Positions 22,471-34,680 of a stretch of DNA of 64,000 bases are shown in pieces. How positions within the stretch are numbered: the stretch's first letter is position 1; each line of letters opens with the position of its first letter. Source of the DNA: Tubulanus polymorphus (lineage: Eukaryota; Animalia; Nemertea). The position numbers and the translations under genes were made by a program. The stretch covers positions 8,893,222-8,957,221 of the forward strand of contig NC_134030.1 of assembly GCF_964204645.1 (NCBI RefSeq), given 5' to 3'. The notes beneath the pieces were generated by a model, which worked only from the letters and a program-made list of their open reading frames with translations, was not told where the DNA came from and searched no databases.

Positions 22471-25400
22471 CTACACGCTCGTGATCATCGAATCGATCTG
22501 ACACGAGTCGGTCTCGTCGCCGTGATAGTATGTCCGATTGCCGAGGCCTTTCTGGCGGTTCTCCCACGCGTTCAGCCGACGCAGCGGCAAGCACATCAGC
22601 CCACTCATCGATATCATACCGCCGGCGAGGTAAAACGTAATATCATATGAGCCGGTAACATCTTTGAACGCGCCTGCAAGAAAAATTCACAATCAGTACG
22701 GTATATTAAAATACGACATACATTGAACATGGTAACCTACTGAGGGTCCCAGGTCTTAACAGATCAGCCATTCCTAGATACAAGGTGTTTTCAAGGAGTC
22801 TTATAAAAGGAAATTTCAAATATCGAGGAAGCACCTGCTTTCATATTCCAATTACTGTAGACTCCTAAATCGGTACGGTTTATCTCACTACACTATTTTT
22901 TCAGTGATTTTTGTAAGCCAATTTTATCCTGTACACTACATAAACCTGGTTTCTAACTAACTGCCTAATAAGGTAAAAACAAATCCCAATTGTACCAATT
23001 TAGGGGTAAATTACTTTGTTCTACGAACTAGATGAAAAGATATAATTGCCTTTTTCTCAATGTGAAGGAGTTCAAGGCATTTTGCTCAAATTAAGAGCAC
23101 CTTTACAAGCATTTTTCATTTGGAAGGAGTTTTTAACGAATCAGGGATTGCTAGGGACCCTGTAACATAAGATTACAAACAGCCATGTGTGTTCAACAAG
23201 TATTAACGTTTCATCGCTGCTTAGGCACGGGATATCATTGCTACCGAAAGCTGCAGACTTATTCGACCTTCTAGCACTGAAAATCTGGAGCACGGGGAAA
23301 ACATTGACCTTTCATTAATTCATCACGTATGTATATCTTACCAGCGAGTGGAGTGCCGACAATCGTAGCGATTCCTTGGAAAAGAATCAAAATGCCAAAT
23401 GCGTTCGTCAACTTTTCCAGTCCCATCAACTCAACCACGAGAATAGACCTCAACGATACAAACGCGGCTGAAAAATAAATTAAGACACATTTATTGTTCA
23501 AGCAGCTTGTCCGGCTGTAATATAGCAGTTATAGGGGCCATCAAAGTGTGCAGCAGCATTGGGCGACTTTTCTAGCACATTTTGTGGAATATCTAACATG
23601 TTTGATAATTTTCATCGCAGTGCTAAGGCGTACTCGGCGGTAGGGGAACTCTGCGCACTTAACGCTGCTTTTGTCATCAATGCGATACACAATCATTCAA
23701 AAATGATTATTAGCAGCGAGAATAATTCAGGAAAACAAGATCATTGATTTATTACGTTGATTATTATCATGAGTACCGGTATCCCTTTCTGCATGATATG
23801 GGATTACCAGAACTACTAAAATCATGCTTTCCCTCGCAAGAACCTCTATTTGTATTTTATTTCTCGCAATGGAGATGCAATAGGCAGGAACAGAAGAATT
23901 CCATCATATTCAAATAAGATAATTTGATTAGGCCAAGAATAGCCACTTTGAAAATGCTGCAGATATGTACATGTAGTAACTATGGTTATATGATGCATAC
24001 ACACTTGCCACAGCTCCCCTTTGTTGAGCGCATTTTTCGCCAGGTGTGCGGGGGCTCTACATTCTGTGCTATACATGCAAAATTTGCGCAATATTCGCTC
24101 CGTGCAGGCTAATGAACGGACATACGCTCAATCATGTACATTCGTAGGTGGCATAACCATGATGATATTCCTATGTCACGACCACCAATTATGAATTTGG
24201 AAATCATCGCACCTGGGTCTAAGTTTTCCTAGGTGTGAGCTGATTTTAACCAACTGGTTCCTAAACGACGACACCAGGGCCACGGTCAAATTGTGCAGGA
24301 CCCAGAAGGGAGCACAAGTGCACGTATATGCTACTGTCACAATTCTCTTACATGCCCTTTCTGACAATACAATAGCATATTCTTTTCCAATGTACTTTTT
24401 CCACATACAACTAATAATAGAGCAGCAGTACGCGGCACAAGATTCGAAATCGCATAAAAATGCACTGAATTTCTAAATATCCAAACCCCTGTTTTCGACT
24501 GATGGTCGCAACGTGTGGAAAAATTGCCCCTTTTTAACTGTATACCTCAATTTTTTGTCAGTCTGCCCCTGGACCCGCTTCGATAGTGTACTTACCAATG
24601 CACAGTCCAAAACCGGCAACGTAAAGCATCAGGTGCACGAACGTCGAACAGAACGGACACAAAGCCGTCAGTATTCCGGCGATGATCAACGCAAAACTGT
24701 TGATGATCAAACAGTCGGCCCACGGCCGGTCGGAGATGAACCCGGTCATCACGCGGCCGATGATGTTCATGAAGCCGAGCGCCGAAATGAGATAGTACGC
24801 CAAATCGGGGTCGACCTCCAATTCCAGCGCGTTGTCGACGATGAACGTGAACGGTACGAAAAAACCTGCAAAGTCGAGAAAAAGAACGCGTTATCGGTAT
24901 TTCATTTCGTGGACACCGTTCGAAATCGTTAAATTATAACAAAACTGCTTGCAATAAGAGACGATTTAGAACAAGAAAGCTAAACTTGAAAGTCTTTTGA
25001 CGCCCTGAGAAATAACATTTATAAATAGGAAAAATATACTCATAATCAGGAACAGTTGGCAGCTTTAAAAAAATATTTCTTTGATTTTGCTTTTATGAGA
25101 CCAGAGAACCTTCGACCAAGATGCTCTGTTGCCACCAGGGTTTGAACCCATAAAACCAGGATTGACAAGACCAGTGACAGCCACTCGGCCACTGCACCTC
25201 TCTTGTTGGCAGCTCTGATGACTGCAAAGGTGCATACGCTGTGGAATATCGCTATTTATTGTAATACACTCATTCATAATCGGGCGTATTCATAAATTTG
25301 CCAGTTAAATTCAACCGTTGCGATTTGGCGAAAAATATGTTCGAAGTGCACAAAGCACCTTTTTTAACGCCCTGTGATAACTTCAATAATTCAGTCTATG

Positions 25401-28400
25401 ACAGCAATTCCAGTTAGGCAACTAATAATCATTTTCACTCTATTTAACTTTAATTGGGTTTGTATCGCGTGCATGATGATTTCGATCTGCATTTAAATAC
25501 AATATGCAGTGTCACGTTATAAGGACTTAAGGAAAATGTGTTAATGATTGAATATGAAAATGTCAAATGTACGTACTAAAATGGAACTAATCCAATACCA
25601 GTTAAAATTTCAAAAGTGTAGTTAGTAGTAATATGTTATGAACATCGGGCATATTTCATGGGCGGATTTAGAGGGTGGTCTCGGGGGTCTGGACCCTGCC
25701 TTCCCATTGAGGTTGCCCTTTTCCTCAAGACAAATATCGTTTAAACCTGAAATTGGGTTTTCACAAGATCGAGAGAGGAAAAGTTAGCTAACTAAGATAG
25801 GAGAAGACGGATGTTTGGTATCTTGCCAAACAAATGTCAGGATTCTGATCTGTACCCTGGATTGGTGGTACACACAAACACACACACAGGGTGATGATAT
25901 AGACAGGAAAGAACTTGATACTGAGAAGAGCATTATATTAATTACCCAGGGTCGGTTAAGGTTATCGCTATCAATAGCTAGCGAATACAGGTTACTAGGC
26001 CATGCTATTCAAACAAATGTACATGGTTTTATATATAATGCCATGTAAGCCCTATAGGCTACTAGATCAACCAAGCCGACAGTTCAATTCATATTTCATC
26101 TAAAGCATGGGTCAAGCGTTGGTCATTATCAAGGGGTCAGATGTTTAAATCAACTATGAAATTCTATCCCGCTAGAATTTCAAGAATTTCCAGGGATAAA
26201 CGAATGGCTTCTGAGAAGAAGCCACATTTAGAGTGACATTTAAGCGATCAAATACAGTCATCTTCCCTCCATTTAGCTATACTTATATTTGCAGCAACAA
26301 TGCAACTGGGGCTCGATATTGATGAATAGGTAGGCCCTAGTCTATTATTCTTCACAACTTCATTTGCTTAACATGCCCGAAGTAAAATCGCTATATACCT
26401 ATATAGGAAGTTAACGGCACGCATTCGCAAACCAGAAGTATAACATTATTTCATCAAATGCGGCCATGCGATATAACAACAACAACGTCGAGAGCTCCGG
26501 AATCTATTCGAATCTATTAAAGTAAAAAATTTCCGCGGTTGTTTTTATCGATCGAGGCACTTGTTGTGATCTAACAACGCGTCGTTGGGGAAGGGTTTAA
26601 ACCAGATAACACCAGTCGATGTCTAGTACACCGCACGCGCATATATAAATATATATATACACATTCGACATATGTTTCCAAATATGTAACAATATGAATT
26701 ATAGTTTCCCTCTAGGCCTATAGCCGCATAACGTCAATACAGTGCCACGCAGGGGCTTACTTACGAACAATAATGGACATAAACTGAAGTCAAACAGGCG
26801 GCTATTGTTCGGTTGTAATGCCTTTGTTTAGAATCGCTCATCCGCTCAATCTATGCTCTAGTCGATATTCCCACATATAACCCTAGATGAAGGCCCAGGG
26901 TGCCTACAGATCGGTCATTTCTGTCTAAAGGGGAAAATTCTCAAATTTCATGGAATTGTCGTCTGCATCACTACAATACTTCGGGTACTGTTAATCTCGA
27001 TAAACCGGTACTTCAGTGGTTTCGTAAGCAATTATTATCCCACTAAATTTTTGTATCAAATTCAGTAACCACCTAGCGGGGTGAAGAAAAAATCCTGGTC
27101 CCAACTGTTCTGATAAAGGTTTTGTTTTCTGTACACGAGAAGATTTTCAATTGCCTATTTAGCCTATTTAGCAAAGGAGAGTTTTAAAGGAGTATTGGAC
27201 ATTTCACTCAAAAAAAGTTTGAAGCACATTTAAAAGTGATCCCAGTTCGGGAGTAAAGAGTTTTCAACTAGGAATCAAGGATTCACACGGACCTGGGAAG
27301 CGCGGGTACTACTCACCTAACATGCTGAACACACTCGACAAACAGAAAACAACAAAAGTCGGACTGCGCAACAAATGGAAGTCGAGCATTTCCTTAATGA
27401 CGTCCATCATCGCTTTCAAAGACGGGCAATATTTATTGAACATCGAGTCGGTGTAATACTGGTTTTCCGGTATGGAAGTCACCGACACGACGTACTCCTT
27501 GACGTCGGGCGTTGACACGTACTGCGGCACGCGCATCATGCTACCGCTGTATAGAATATCCTTGCGATACATCGGGCGCGCCATGTCCTTGCTGATCTGC
27601 TCGACGATCATGTCCTTCTCCTGTTCGAGACGCTGCTGCTCGGCGTACGGGTCGAGCTCGCCAGCGCTGCCACCCGCCGTGTGCAGACTCGACGCGCAGC
27701 TAGCCGGCAACGAGCCGCCGAACTTCAAACCGTTCGCGTTGACGAGCGGATTCGGATCGGTTCCGCGACGCGTCAGGCAGACCTGCAATGACTGCGTATC
27801 ACCGTCGGGACTTTGTTTTGGCACAGCGTAACCAGCCTGGCTGGTCGACGGATCGTTTGCGCCGTTCTTCGGCGACGGCCCGGCGCCTGGAGTTCGATTT
27901 CCGGACATGTTGTCCTGCGCGATACGGTTCATCATTTGATTACTTAAACTGATTCGCAAATGAGCCGGCAACTTGACTAATTCATTGTTTCGAGTGATCA
28001 CGCACCCGTCGAGAGAACCTTGCGATATCGTTCGTTGACGCGCTTTCTCCTCGATTATCTTTTGAAAGATCGACCCGCGGCGAATCTTGCTGCGCGGAAT
28101 GTCGCCCTCTTTGCGATACTTCCCGCGGTTTTTCGGTTTTGTATATTCCAACGGCCGGAACAACGCGCCGCCGATGCAACAGTTCAACACGATTCCGGCC
28201 ATGATCAGCAAACTGCCCTTCCAATCGTACTTTTCCAACAACGACTCGGCCAACGGCGCGAACACCAACGTTCCGATTCCTGAACCGCACACGGCTATTC
28301 CAGTTGCAAATGCGCGACGTCGCTCGAAGTAAAATCCAACGATGACGATCGACGGCAAATAAATCAAACCGAAACCGATTCCTACAATGGAAAATTCGAT

Positions 28401-31400
28401 AGCGCCATTAGAAAATATTTGTTAAACAGGGCGATAACTTTCTGCCCATTCATAAAATCCCTTGAGCGAATCACAAAAAATGTTACGATTCATTCATTCG
28501 TGTGTTGATTGATAAAGGAACACTTCGACAATAGCATCATCCAAATTCCGTTTTCCAGGACCCAGTTCCCCAGTTCTGAGTTAAGATATGACTTTGTGAA
28601 AATTAACTAATTTTAACTCACAGAGTTGACTCTAACTCACGATTGTGGATCCTGGTTCCTGGTAAAATTTGACTAATTCCCCAATTCCCTGAGAGGTTTC
28701 CAGGTCAGCAGCCACCCTGTTTTAGCGACATATCATTTCTTCAGGGATATATAATCACGAGATGGGATCGTGAACGGTCGTACTCTCCCACGGGGAGTAA
28801 TATTACATACCTCCAAATATTCCATACGCGACGATCAGAATCTCAATATTTGGAGCCATTATCGCCATGACGAAAGCGATCGTCGTAATGATCGCTCCCG
28901 CTATGGTAATGACTCGGCACCCGAATTTGTTTGCAAGGGCGCTGGCAAGTGGACCTGAAAAGCAAAAAAATAAATAACCAAAATGAACATCAATTTCATT
29001 AGCCTCAAAACCATTCATCTACATAATTTAAGCACCATGTAACCCTTCGTGTTCAACCAACCATTTAAACTCAAAATTGGGGAATAGGATACAATTAAAA
29101 TGTAAGTTGGATGATCCACTGATACCCGACTAGATAGAAGTGTCTTCTAAAACATGGATATCAGCTCCGGACTCAGGCACCCGGGACTGCCGTTTATTAA
29201 ACTGGGGGGGGGGGGGGATTATCTACTTCCTTTTCAATTGGGTTAACCCACTGGTCAAAGTCAAAGTCGATACCTCTCTATGAGACCAGTCGCAAAGTTA
29301 TTTCCTATGAGCAGCGGGGGCTTGGCATTCAACGATCTTCGCACGAAAATGCTGCAGAATTGAACGGCGATTTCGACGTATGTGGGACACAAAGGGTTAA
29401 TCACATTGAGCGTATAACGCGTTTTTAAACTGAAATACAATTTCAGTTCCCGTGTCGGGTAAATTATGAATTTCCGAAGTTACCAGTTCCGTTATAAAGG
29501 ATTATCATTCATCTTTTCATCACATTGCTGCGTTTCGTTTCGTAACTAGAATCCGTAGCACTGCTTACCCATAATGAGATAAATGCCGATCAAGAGGGAA
29601 CCGACCCATGATGTCGCCGATGTCGTCGAATGGAAGTGCTCTTGAAAAGCGATGAAGAATATGCCGAAACTGAAGCACACGCCATCAACGATTATATTGC
29701 AGAACAACGACGCGATCACGACGACCCATCCCCAGCCGCCGTCCGGAGGTACCGGCGGCACGAGATCGTCGTCGGCGACGATCTCGTCGTCTTCCTCTTT
29801 CGGTTTGTCGATCAAATTCTTCGTTACACCCATCGTTTTAAAATGAACATTTCTGGTTCTGAAAATAGATCGCGACACTGATTACAAATTTCCAATGCGG
29901 GCTCCCTACAGTAATATCTTGAGAAAATTTCACACTTCATGGAAGCACCTGCATCGCTTATATCCCATTTACGACAAGACGCCTCCAAAATCGGTACTGT
30001 TCATCTCAGTAAACTGTTAATTCAGTGGTTTCAAAAAGGAGATATTTATCTTTGACATAACTAACTCGCTAACCGCTTAGGGTTATCCAGCTTCCAACAG
30101 TTCCGAATCAGTCTTTTATACAACTTCGAAAACTAATTGCCCATTTCTCAAAACTGATGGAGTTTCTGACATTTTGCTCGAATTGGAAGAGTTTCAAGCA
30201 CCTTTTAAAAACATTTTCCGCTTTTCAATAAATCTTTTTTTAAGGAATCAAGGAATCGTCGCGACCTCGCAGTTACATCATATTTTCCATATTAATACTG
30301 TAATAAACCAGGCAGCAGTGAATTATTCAGTGACCTATTAATTTATTTCGAGTCAACGATCCTGGCTGGTAGCTTCCTGGAATTCATATCAAATATTGGA
30401 AGCATCTGACATGAACTATTACATATTCATTGACAGTATAAATTTCCCCATTGTGTTTACTGGATAGCCCTCCTGTAGTTGCCCCAGGTTACTACTTCAA
30501 TAGGGGTATATCAGTTCACTATAGAGGTATAGACCAATGGGAGGGATTGATTCGATCCACCGATCCAGAGCGCCTAGACGGAATTCTCGATAAAAACAAG
30601 GTCACCACGAGTTAACAGTAACCGATCAATATAGTGGCGGCAATATCCTGATCTGAACATCATAACATTTCTCAGAAAATGCTTCACGTTATTGTCAATT
30701 TACTTAATTCATCAATATCGCAGCGACACAAACGCAGACTAAATACAAACATAGTTTATGAAAAAACCACTCGGATTCATAATGAGACGTTTTTCACTAG
30801 GAATGCAAGAGGTAGTTCAGTTTGAACCAGTGTCATTCTCTCTTCACAATTTGTTTTAGAAGGGCAGCAGCCCCCTATTCATTTTTACATCCACCCCTCT
30901 GATAATCAGCCACTCCCTATATAATATCTGCTGCCCCCATATAAGTTGTTGACATTCTATCAGTGCATAATTGCTTTAAGAGTATATTTGAAAAATAGAA
31001 GATTACTGTACACCAAAATCAAGCTTAATTTTCTGTATATTTTTTAGGGGGAAGGGGATAGGGGATCAAAAGCCTCGCTAGTTCAGCAGCCACAATGTCG
31101 AAATGCAGCCCCTAAAAAATCCCATCATATGGAGAACATCGCGAACGGAAGGAAGTCGGGGGCTGGAAAATATTCCGTCTTTTTTTACCTTCTAATCCAA
31201 ACCTCTTCGGTGTATTCTTCTTCGAACGAAGAAATTTCATCATCCAAAAGTGAATAATTCAAATACGCTTGCATTTAGACCCGAATTCCTCACGCTTAAA
31301 ACGATTTAATATCCGAATGCGATTACAATATCGTTCAAAAAACCTGCGAAACCTCTTTCATACAATATCCGAAGTCAGTTTATGATTGTATTGTGAAAGC

Positions 31401-34076
31401 GATACTAGTCCTGAAACTTTCCCAACCTCGACCGGACATATTTCTGCGCGAAGCGGCACTCTCCGTCTCTGTCGGGGAAAGCTAACTAGCCGTCAGAATC
31501 TACGAGCTGATATCAGGTGTAATATACACCATTCGCCTAGTTAGGCAACCCGGACAAAGTTCGCGTACAGAGGCTTGATTAATGTAAGAACAATACGACA
31601 ACCAACGTCCAGAGTGCACGAAATCAGAACTGACACGGTTTGATAACTTTCTAACAATACGAAAAGCGAAAACATTTTCTAGGAGGTAATGTGACCAGGA
31701 TTGATTGACTGATTGACCCAATTGGTCAACAAAGTGTCTAGGATATATTGATCAATAAAGTCATTAATAAAGTCAATAGATCAAATCATAAAAATGCCAC
31801 AGGCCAACTGTATTCAATAGGTTATCGGGAGACAAAATTATTTGCCAACGACAATGTTTAAAAATTCATTATGTCAACAATTAACTCGACTTAATTGCAT
31901 TCCTCTCGGGCCTGAGAGGAGAGCTTAATACCTTACGATAAAATCGAGCGCGTAGCAAGTTTTTACAGGGCTAGGCCACGAGAAAATAATGAGAACATTC
32001 TTCGGAGTTAGCAATGTAATTAAAAGATTATTTATGTTATTCTGACATAGGCCTAATATGCACGGTAGTAGAAGTCATAATGCGAAAGCGTAGAATGAGG
32101 TTTAACCCTGAACGCAGCAAATCAATGTGCCTAGCACAAAGAAATTTAGCCCGACTTACTGATATAAAAAGAGACAGAATCAACGATTGCTACTTCCAAC
32201 AACAATCGAATGGCACGAAAACTAACTACTACTACTACGAATAACTCGGGTATTACTCGGGTAGCACCCACACTCCCACGTCTCAATAAAAACGGAAGCC
32301 ATAATGCATTCGTCAGCGCCGATTGAGTAATGGACGAATCGAATGATGAAACACGCGACGAGAGGGTATTTCCGGGAAAAATCGTTTTTCGCCGAAACGA
32401 CCAATCGAACAACGTACCTTGTTTTCGTACTTTTGTCATACATCGATAGACGATTTCAAACGAACGTAACATCAATACATAAGAAGCTCATTTACGTTTA
32501 TAATAGAGAGAGAGTTTTAGCACAACATGGAAGACACCATTCATACGTTCGTACGGCTATACTACACATACACGCGTGCATACGGCGTAGCTATTTATAA
32601 CGTATTTCTAGGTCACACGAAATCACGTGATGGCACCACTTGCAATGCAAGAGTGTCTACATGGAAAATCTCTGAATGTACGTTACACTACACTTTATAC
32701 TGCCTGCCTGCCTACCACCTCCGCGCTATAAACCAGGCGAACGAACACTATCTTAATCCGAAAACAAAGCCGATACAGGTTTATAAAAGGTTTTAAATAA
32801 AAATAAGTACATTACCGCCCTGACTGTCGAAAATATATCATATAAAATTTCAACCGTTAAACGAACCATCTCAGAGAGAAATGTTATAGCCAACTTTCAC
32901 TGCTCATGAACTTTTGCGATGGACGCTTAAAGCCACAAAAAAAACTTCGAAGACCGAACCCAAAATATATGAAAGTATTGCCATTGTTGACATTTCTAGG
33001 TAAACATCTTCATAGGTCTACCTATCTTTAATATGCCCTATCGAAGGCCCAAAATATCACATATCAGATTGAATTTGTCAATGATCAGATAGGCCCTACC
33101 AAATGCAGGGCAGAGTGACAAAAATTATGGCCTCAAACAGGGGTATATTCTGGCATCGCAAAAACAGTAGCAAAATGTCAAGTCTCAATCAAATTTCAGC
33201 TACATGCCAATATCACTGGTAGCCTACTTATCCTAATGTTACTACTTGAGGAGGGGAAGTTTAGGCAGGCTGGTTTGAGGTCCCTTTAAGTAAAAAATCT
33301 TTTAAGAGACCGTATGAAGAAATCCTTGCACGTCACGTCTAAGATTTCTCAATAAATAATACAAAATTTAAGAGAAAATCAAATAATCAAACAAGCAGAA
33401 GACGAAAAATCACCCCAGATGACAAGAATGTAACGCAACTGATTTTCTTCTGATTCAATGTAAAATAAATTTAACACAAAAATCAGAGGAATTAGGCCCC
33501 TCCTCATTAAAAGTGAATTTTTTGACAAAAATGACAGTCGACAAGAAAATTAAACCAACTAGCCTAATAGCAATTTAACTGATGTTCTTAGATTCAAAGT
33601 AAAACAAATTAACACAAAAATCAGAAGAATTAGGCTGCTCCTTGGTAAATGAATTTTTGACAATTGACATCATAATTTGTCTTGACAAGTATATAAATAA
33701 AACCAACTGACCTAATAACAATTTAAGTGAATAACCTTCGACAAGAATTTAGCCAATATATCCAGTCACAACTTGACACTTGTCGAAGTGGTGTAAGGAA
33801 GCAGGGTAGAGGCCAGTCAGCGGTGGTTGATGCCGATGGTGTCACGCACACACACCGGACCGGGCGAACGGCGGGAGAGAAGACTTTCTATCTCCTTATT
33901 CTCAAAAATTGCCGACGAATTCCGTGACACTCACAAAATCTAACTACCTCACGAAAAACTTATATTCGACGAAACGTATTTAGCAAAAATTAGACTTACC
34001 CGCTATTGTGATATTCGACTGCGTCGAACAAAGCCGCCTCGGAGCAGCGATCAGCTGTTCTTCCAGGCGCTGACAT
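22471..34076 (-). CDS. Monocarboxylate transporter (SLC16/MCT family, MFS), ~724 aa, 7 coding exons
   Basis: Exons 34076-34000, 29858-29569, 28954-28811, 28381-27317, 24865-24596, 23467-23342 and 22673-22471 are all GT-AG and phase-consistent (total 2175 nt). Motifs [44 protein letters not shown] in the large loop, and NIIGRVMTG; C-terminus ...DSMITSV*. The first exon is the least certain. Confidence 0.92.
22742..23162. mobile_element. Dispersed ~400-460 bp non-autonomous DNA element (other copies ~26896-27295, ~29898-30268, ~50660-51123)
   Basis: Shared internal blocks (TTTCAAGGAG, CACCTGC, GTAGACTCCTAAAT, GGAATCAAGG) and CAGGGT../..GGACCCTG-like ends across four loci. Boundaries approximate. 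Confidence 0.7.
25095..25200 (-). mobile_element. tRNA-derived SINE-like head
   Basis: Minus strand A-box TGGCCGAGTGG and B-box GGTTCAAACC at tRNA-like spacing, without a closed cloverleaf. Confidence 0.45.
33437..33726. repeat. Diverged ~140-bp tandem duplication
   Basis: AACTGAT..TCTT..GATTCAA.GTAAAA...TTAACACAAAAATCAGA.GAATTAGGC...AAACCAACT..CCTAATA occurs at 33437 and 33577. Confidence 0.75.
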
Positions 34077-34492
34077 GTGCGATATGTTAATCAGTTTCGA
34101 TGCGCGCTAGAGAGACCCCGCCGCCGTTGTGACTTCGCCGTTCAACTACGACTCGAAACCGATTGATATTTCGTGCATATCTCGCGGCGCGACTGTTTGC
34201 ACCGCTGCCAGTATTACTCCGGCGAAAAGATTTGTATTTCGACTAAATTTCATACATTTTCAGTCCTAGCAATTCCATAGCTCTCTAGCCTGCATCGAAA
34301 ATTAATTGACGCCTGTAAGCTCCGCCTACCGGGTTATTTCATGAGGATTTTTAGCGGAAAAATTTATTTTCGCATAACATAGAAACAAATTAACCGGGCT
34401 CTAGTTGTGATTTAGCTGGTTTTTAAACCTGCTTATGGTTAGTTTATCAATTTCCGATATCTCTTATCGGTGAAAATTGTTTCGGTTTGATA

Positions 34493-34500
34493 TGACGTCA
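34493..34500. promoter_or_regulatory. Full palindromic CRE (TGACGTCA) ~420 bp upstream of the MCT start codon
   Basis: Exact consensus 8-mer; function not shown. Confidence 0.3.
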
Positions 34501-34526
34501 TTTTAGTCGACTGCCAGAGTTGGATT

Positions 34527-34680
34527 TGCAATAGACTGTTGACCGGTCTCTGTCTTCGGGACAGGCAACCAGTCTAGATATGCAACAGCTGCCAGAGCCG
34601 CCTCAGCGAGCGGTACGGAATCGGCGCCCGGACGGTTCTTGGATGAACCTCCGAGATCGGCTCCTGGACCCGCCTCGTCA
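34527..34680. ncRNA. GC-rich multi-hairpin element of unknown identity
   Basis: Nested complementary helices read by eye (see findings); no match to snRNA, 7SK, SRP, RNase P or MRP signatures that I can recall. Confidence 0.3.

Noticed and set aside
26748-26762. RNase MRP CR-V-like motif (GGGGCTTACT)
   Set aside because: No upstream GAAAGTCCCC partner to form helix P4.
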